Origin: an uncultured Gemmatimonadales bacterium
GTDB taxonomy: Bacteria > Gemmatimonadota > Gemmatimonadetes > Longimicrobiales > RSA9
Assembly: GCA_963798085.1 (NCBI GenBank)
Contig: CAWCRS010000002.1
Coordinates: forward strand, 192,001-256,000
Length of the DNA: 64,000 nucleotides
Direction: 5' to 3'
Shown here in pieces: positions 62,436 to 64,000 of the stretch; positions within the stretch are counted from its first letter, which is position 1, and each line of letters starts with the position of its first letter. Position numbers and translations under genes: made by a program. Under the pieces are notes generated by a model that did not search any database, was not told the DNA's origin, and saw only the letters and a list, made by a program, of their open reading frames with translations.

Positions 62436-63302
62436 TCATCCCGGGCGGGTTATCCCGCGGATGACGTTGGCGAAGCGGCGAGGGGCGTGCGGGGCCCGGT
62501 CGAGCAGCAGCGACGGCTCGATCAGCTCGACCTCCATCACCAGCAGGCGTCCCTCACTGGCACAGCCGTCGACGCGCGCATACAGCCACTCGACAGGAAC
62601 AGCGTCGAGCACCGCTTCCGCCTGGCGAACGAGGCCGGCGGCGGGCGAGAAGTCCTCGACAATGCCACCGTGAATCGACTGCACGCGGTAGTCTCCCGCG
62701 CGTGGTCGCTTGCGTACGGCGTGACTGTAGAGGCCGCCCAGGAACACGAACGAGAATTCTCCGTCACTCTGCACTTCGGGCACGAAGCGCTGCACCATGG
62801 CGCCGTTGGCTGAGGCTGCCAGCCCGGCGAACGCCGGCTCGTCTGCCCGCGCGCTGCGCTGACCCGTGCGGAACGTGCGATACGCGTCCGCCGAGATGCG
62901 CGGCTTCACCACGGCGTCGGTCCAGCCGCAGCGCTGCAGGATGGATGCGAGCGGCTCGGCGCCATCGGCGTACCATGTGGGCACCACGTCAACGCCGCGG
63001 CCCTGCAGCTCGGCGAGATAGCGCTTGTCGAGGTTCCAGCGCACGGTCGCGGGGCGGTTCCACAGGGGCGCGCTGCATGCTTCGATCGCATCCAGCCAGG
63101 CGAGGAATTCGGGCACCTTCGCCGGATAGTCCCAGGTGGAGCGCAGGAGCAGTGTATCGTAGCCCGCCCAGTCCACGCCGGCCGCATCCCAGATCACCGG
63201 CTCCACGGCAATGCCCATTGCCCGCAGCTCGGCGGCGGCCAGGCGGTCGTCGGGCGAGAGATCCGGCCAGCGCGCGGCGGTCAGGAATGCGACGCGACTC
63301 AC
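62436..63302 (-). CDS. ATP-grasp domain protein (RimK/GshB-like)
   Basis: LRSTWDY, WNLDKRYLAEL, VVKPRISA, MVQRF..GEFS, DYRVQ..GG, YARVD, MEVELIEPSL. Confidence 0.92.
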   Translation of the reverse strand: MSRVAFLTAARWPDLSPDDRLAAAELRAMGIAVEPVIWDAAGVDWAGYDTLLLRSTWDYPAKVPEFLAWLDAIEACSAPLWNRPATVRWNLDKRYLAELQGRGVDVVPTWYADGAEPLASILQRCGWTDAVVKPRISADAYRTFRTGQRSARADEPAFAGLAASANGAMVQRFVPEVQSDGEFSFVFLGGLYSHAVRKRPRAGDYRVQSIHGGIVEDFSPAAGLVRQAEAVLDAVPVEWLYARVDGCASEGRLLVMEVELIEPSLLLDRAPHAPRRFANVIRGITRPG

Positions 63303-63352
63303 CGCGTCGGCTCCGCGTTCATGCCTGTTCTAACACGCTGATAGAAGCGGAG

Positions 63353-63835
63353 TCAGCCGTACTTCATTGCGGGGTGGCCCAGGTACTTGCGCAGCAGGGC
63401 CAACTGTCCGATGTGGTAGGACTCGTGCTGGATCATGAAGCTGATGGCGCCCAGCAGGCTGGGATCACTTACGGGAAAGAGCTGCCGTGATGGCGAGCGC
63501 AGCTCGTCCTCGTCGAGCGTCCCGAGACAGGCATCGAGCGTGGGCGCCAGCTCGCTCCAGACGCGGCGGACGACGCTCAATGCAGGCAGCGTCGGGATTT
63601 CTTCGATGCTGCTCGCATCGCTCAACAGATCGGCAAACGGGTTGGCGTCGGGCAGACCGAGGTAGCCGGCCAGGAAATAGCGCGCGTCCACCACGTGGCA
63701 GGCAATGAAGGCCAGGCTGTTGACCTGCCCCGTTGGCCGCTGACAGGCTTCGGCATCCGTGACATCCGCCAGACAGTTCAGGAACAGACGCGTGTTGAGG
63801 CGGACCAGGCTGGCGATCGCAGCGATCTCGCTCAG
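63353..63835 (-). CDS. DinB family protein
   Basis: RLNTRLFLNCL..NSLAFIACHVVDAR..QHESYHIGQLALLRK. The frame is open back to CTG at 63835. Confidence 0.88.
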   Translation of the reverse strand: MSEIAAIASLVRLNTRLFLNCLADVTDAEACQRPTGQVNSLAFIACHVVDARYFLAGYLGLPDANPFADLLSDASSIEEIPTLPALSVVRRVWSELAPTLDACLGTLDEDELRSPSRQLFPVSDPSLLGAISFMIQHESYHIGQLALLRKYLGHPAMKYG

Positions 63836-64000
63836 CTAGGCCTCCCCGGATTGACCCGCGCGTGCGCGGTGCCACGCGATCAGCTGCTCGGCCGCCGTGC
63901 TCAGCTTGCCGGCATCGCCCTCGCGACAGTCCACGTAATCGATGATCTCCATGTACGGCAGCAGCTCCGTGCTGTGCAGGTATATGGGGAACAGCACATT
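63836..64000 (-). CDS. C-terminus of a gene entering from the right edge (possibly TIR-like)
   Basis: Manual translation NVLFPIYLHSTELLPYMEIIDYVDCREGDAGKLSTAAEQLIAWHRARAGQSGEA*, resembling the end of a TIR_2 domain. Confidence 0.5.
   Translation of the reverse strand, partial: NVLFPIYLHSTELLPYMEIIDYVDCREGDAGKLSTAAEQLIAWHRARAGQSGEA

Overview
GC-rich bacterial chromosomal segment carrying about 55 genes. Gene content (three ECF sigma/anti-sigma modules with DUF4097, HEAT-repeat and VIT-vWA partners, several secreted S9/M14 peptidases, Gly/Arg-rich inserts) suggests a Gemmatimonadota-like organism; this is inference. I saw no tRNA, rRNA, CRISPR array, integrase or transposase. Housekeeping or stress genes include msrB, rpsU, two cold-shock proteins, a CsbD-like protein, an RsuA-family pseudouridine synthase, an AlkD-like protein, a MutS-domain-V protein and a PadR-linked ABC exporter. 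About 11 genes carry apparent frameshifts, most densely at 29.7-31.3 kb and 42.5-45.3 kb, probably long-read consensus errors. Most notable: (1) a compact, multi-stem, pseudoknotted 5' leader RNA that hides the SD of an uncharacterised protein gene (47809-47945); (2) a histone-H1-like protein fused to a C-terminal double Zn-ribbon; (3) a beta-barrel / LVIVD lipoprotein / ceruloplasmin-like two-domain multicopper oxidase cluster; (4) a cold-shock/rpsU cluster with terminators inside the 5' leaders; (5) a dispersed intergenic REP-like repeat family; (6) an internally deleted peroxiredoxin relic.
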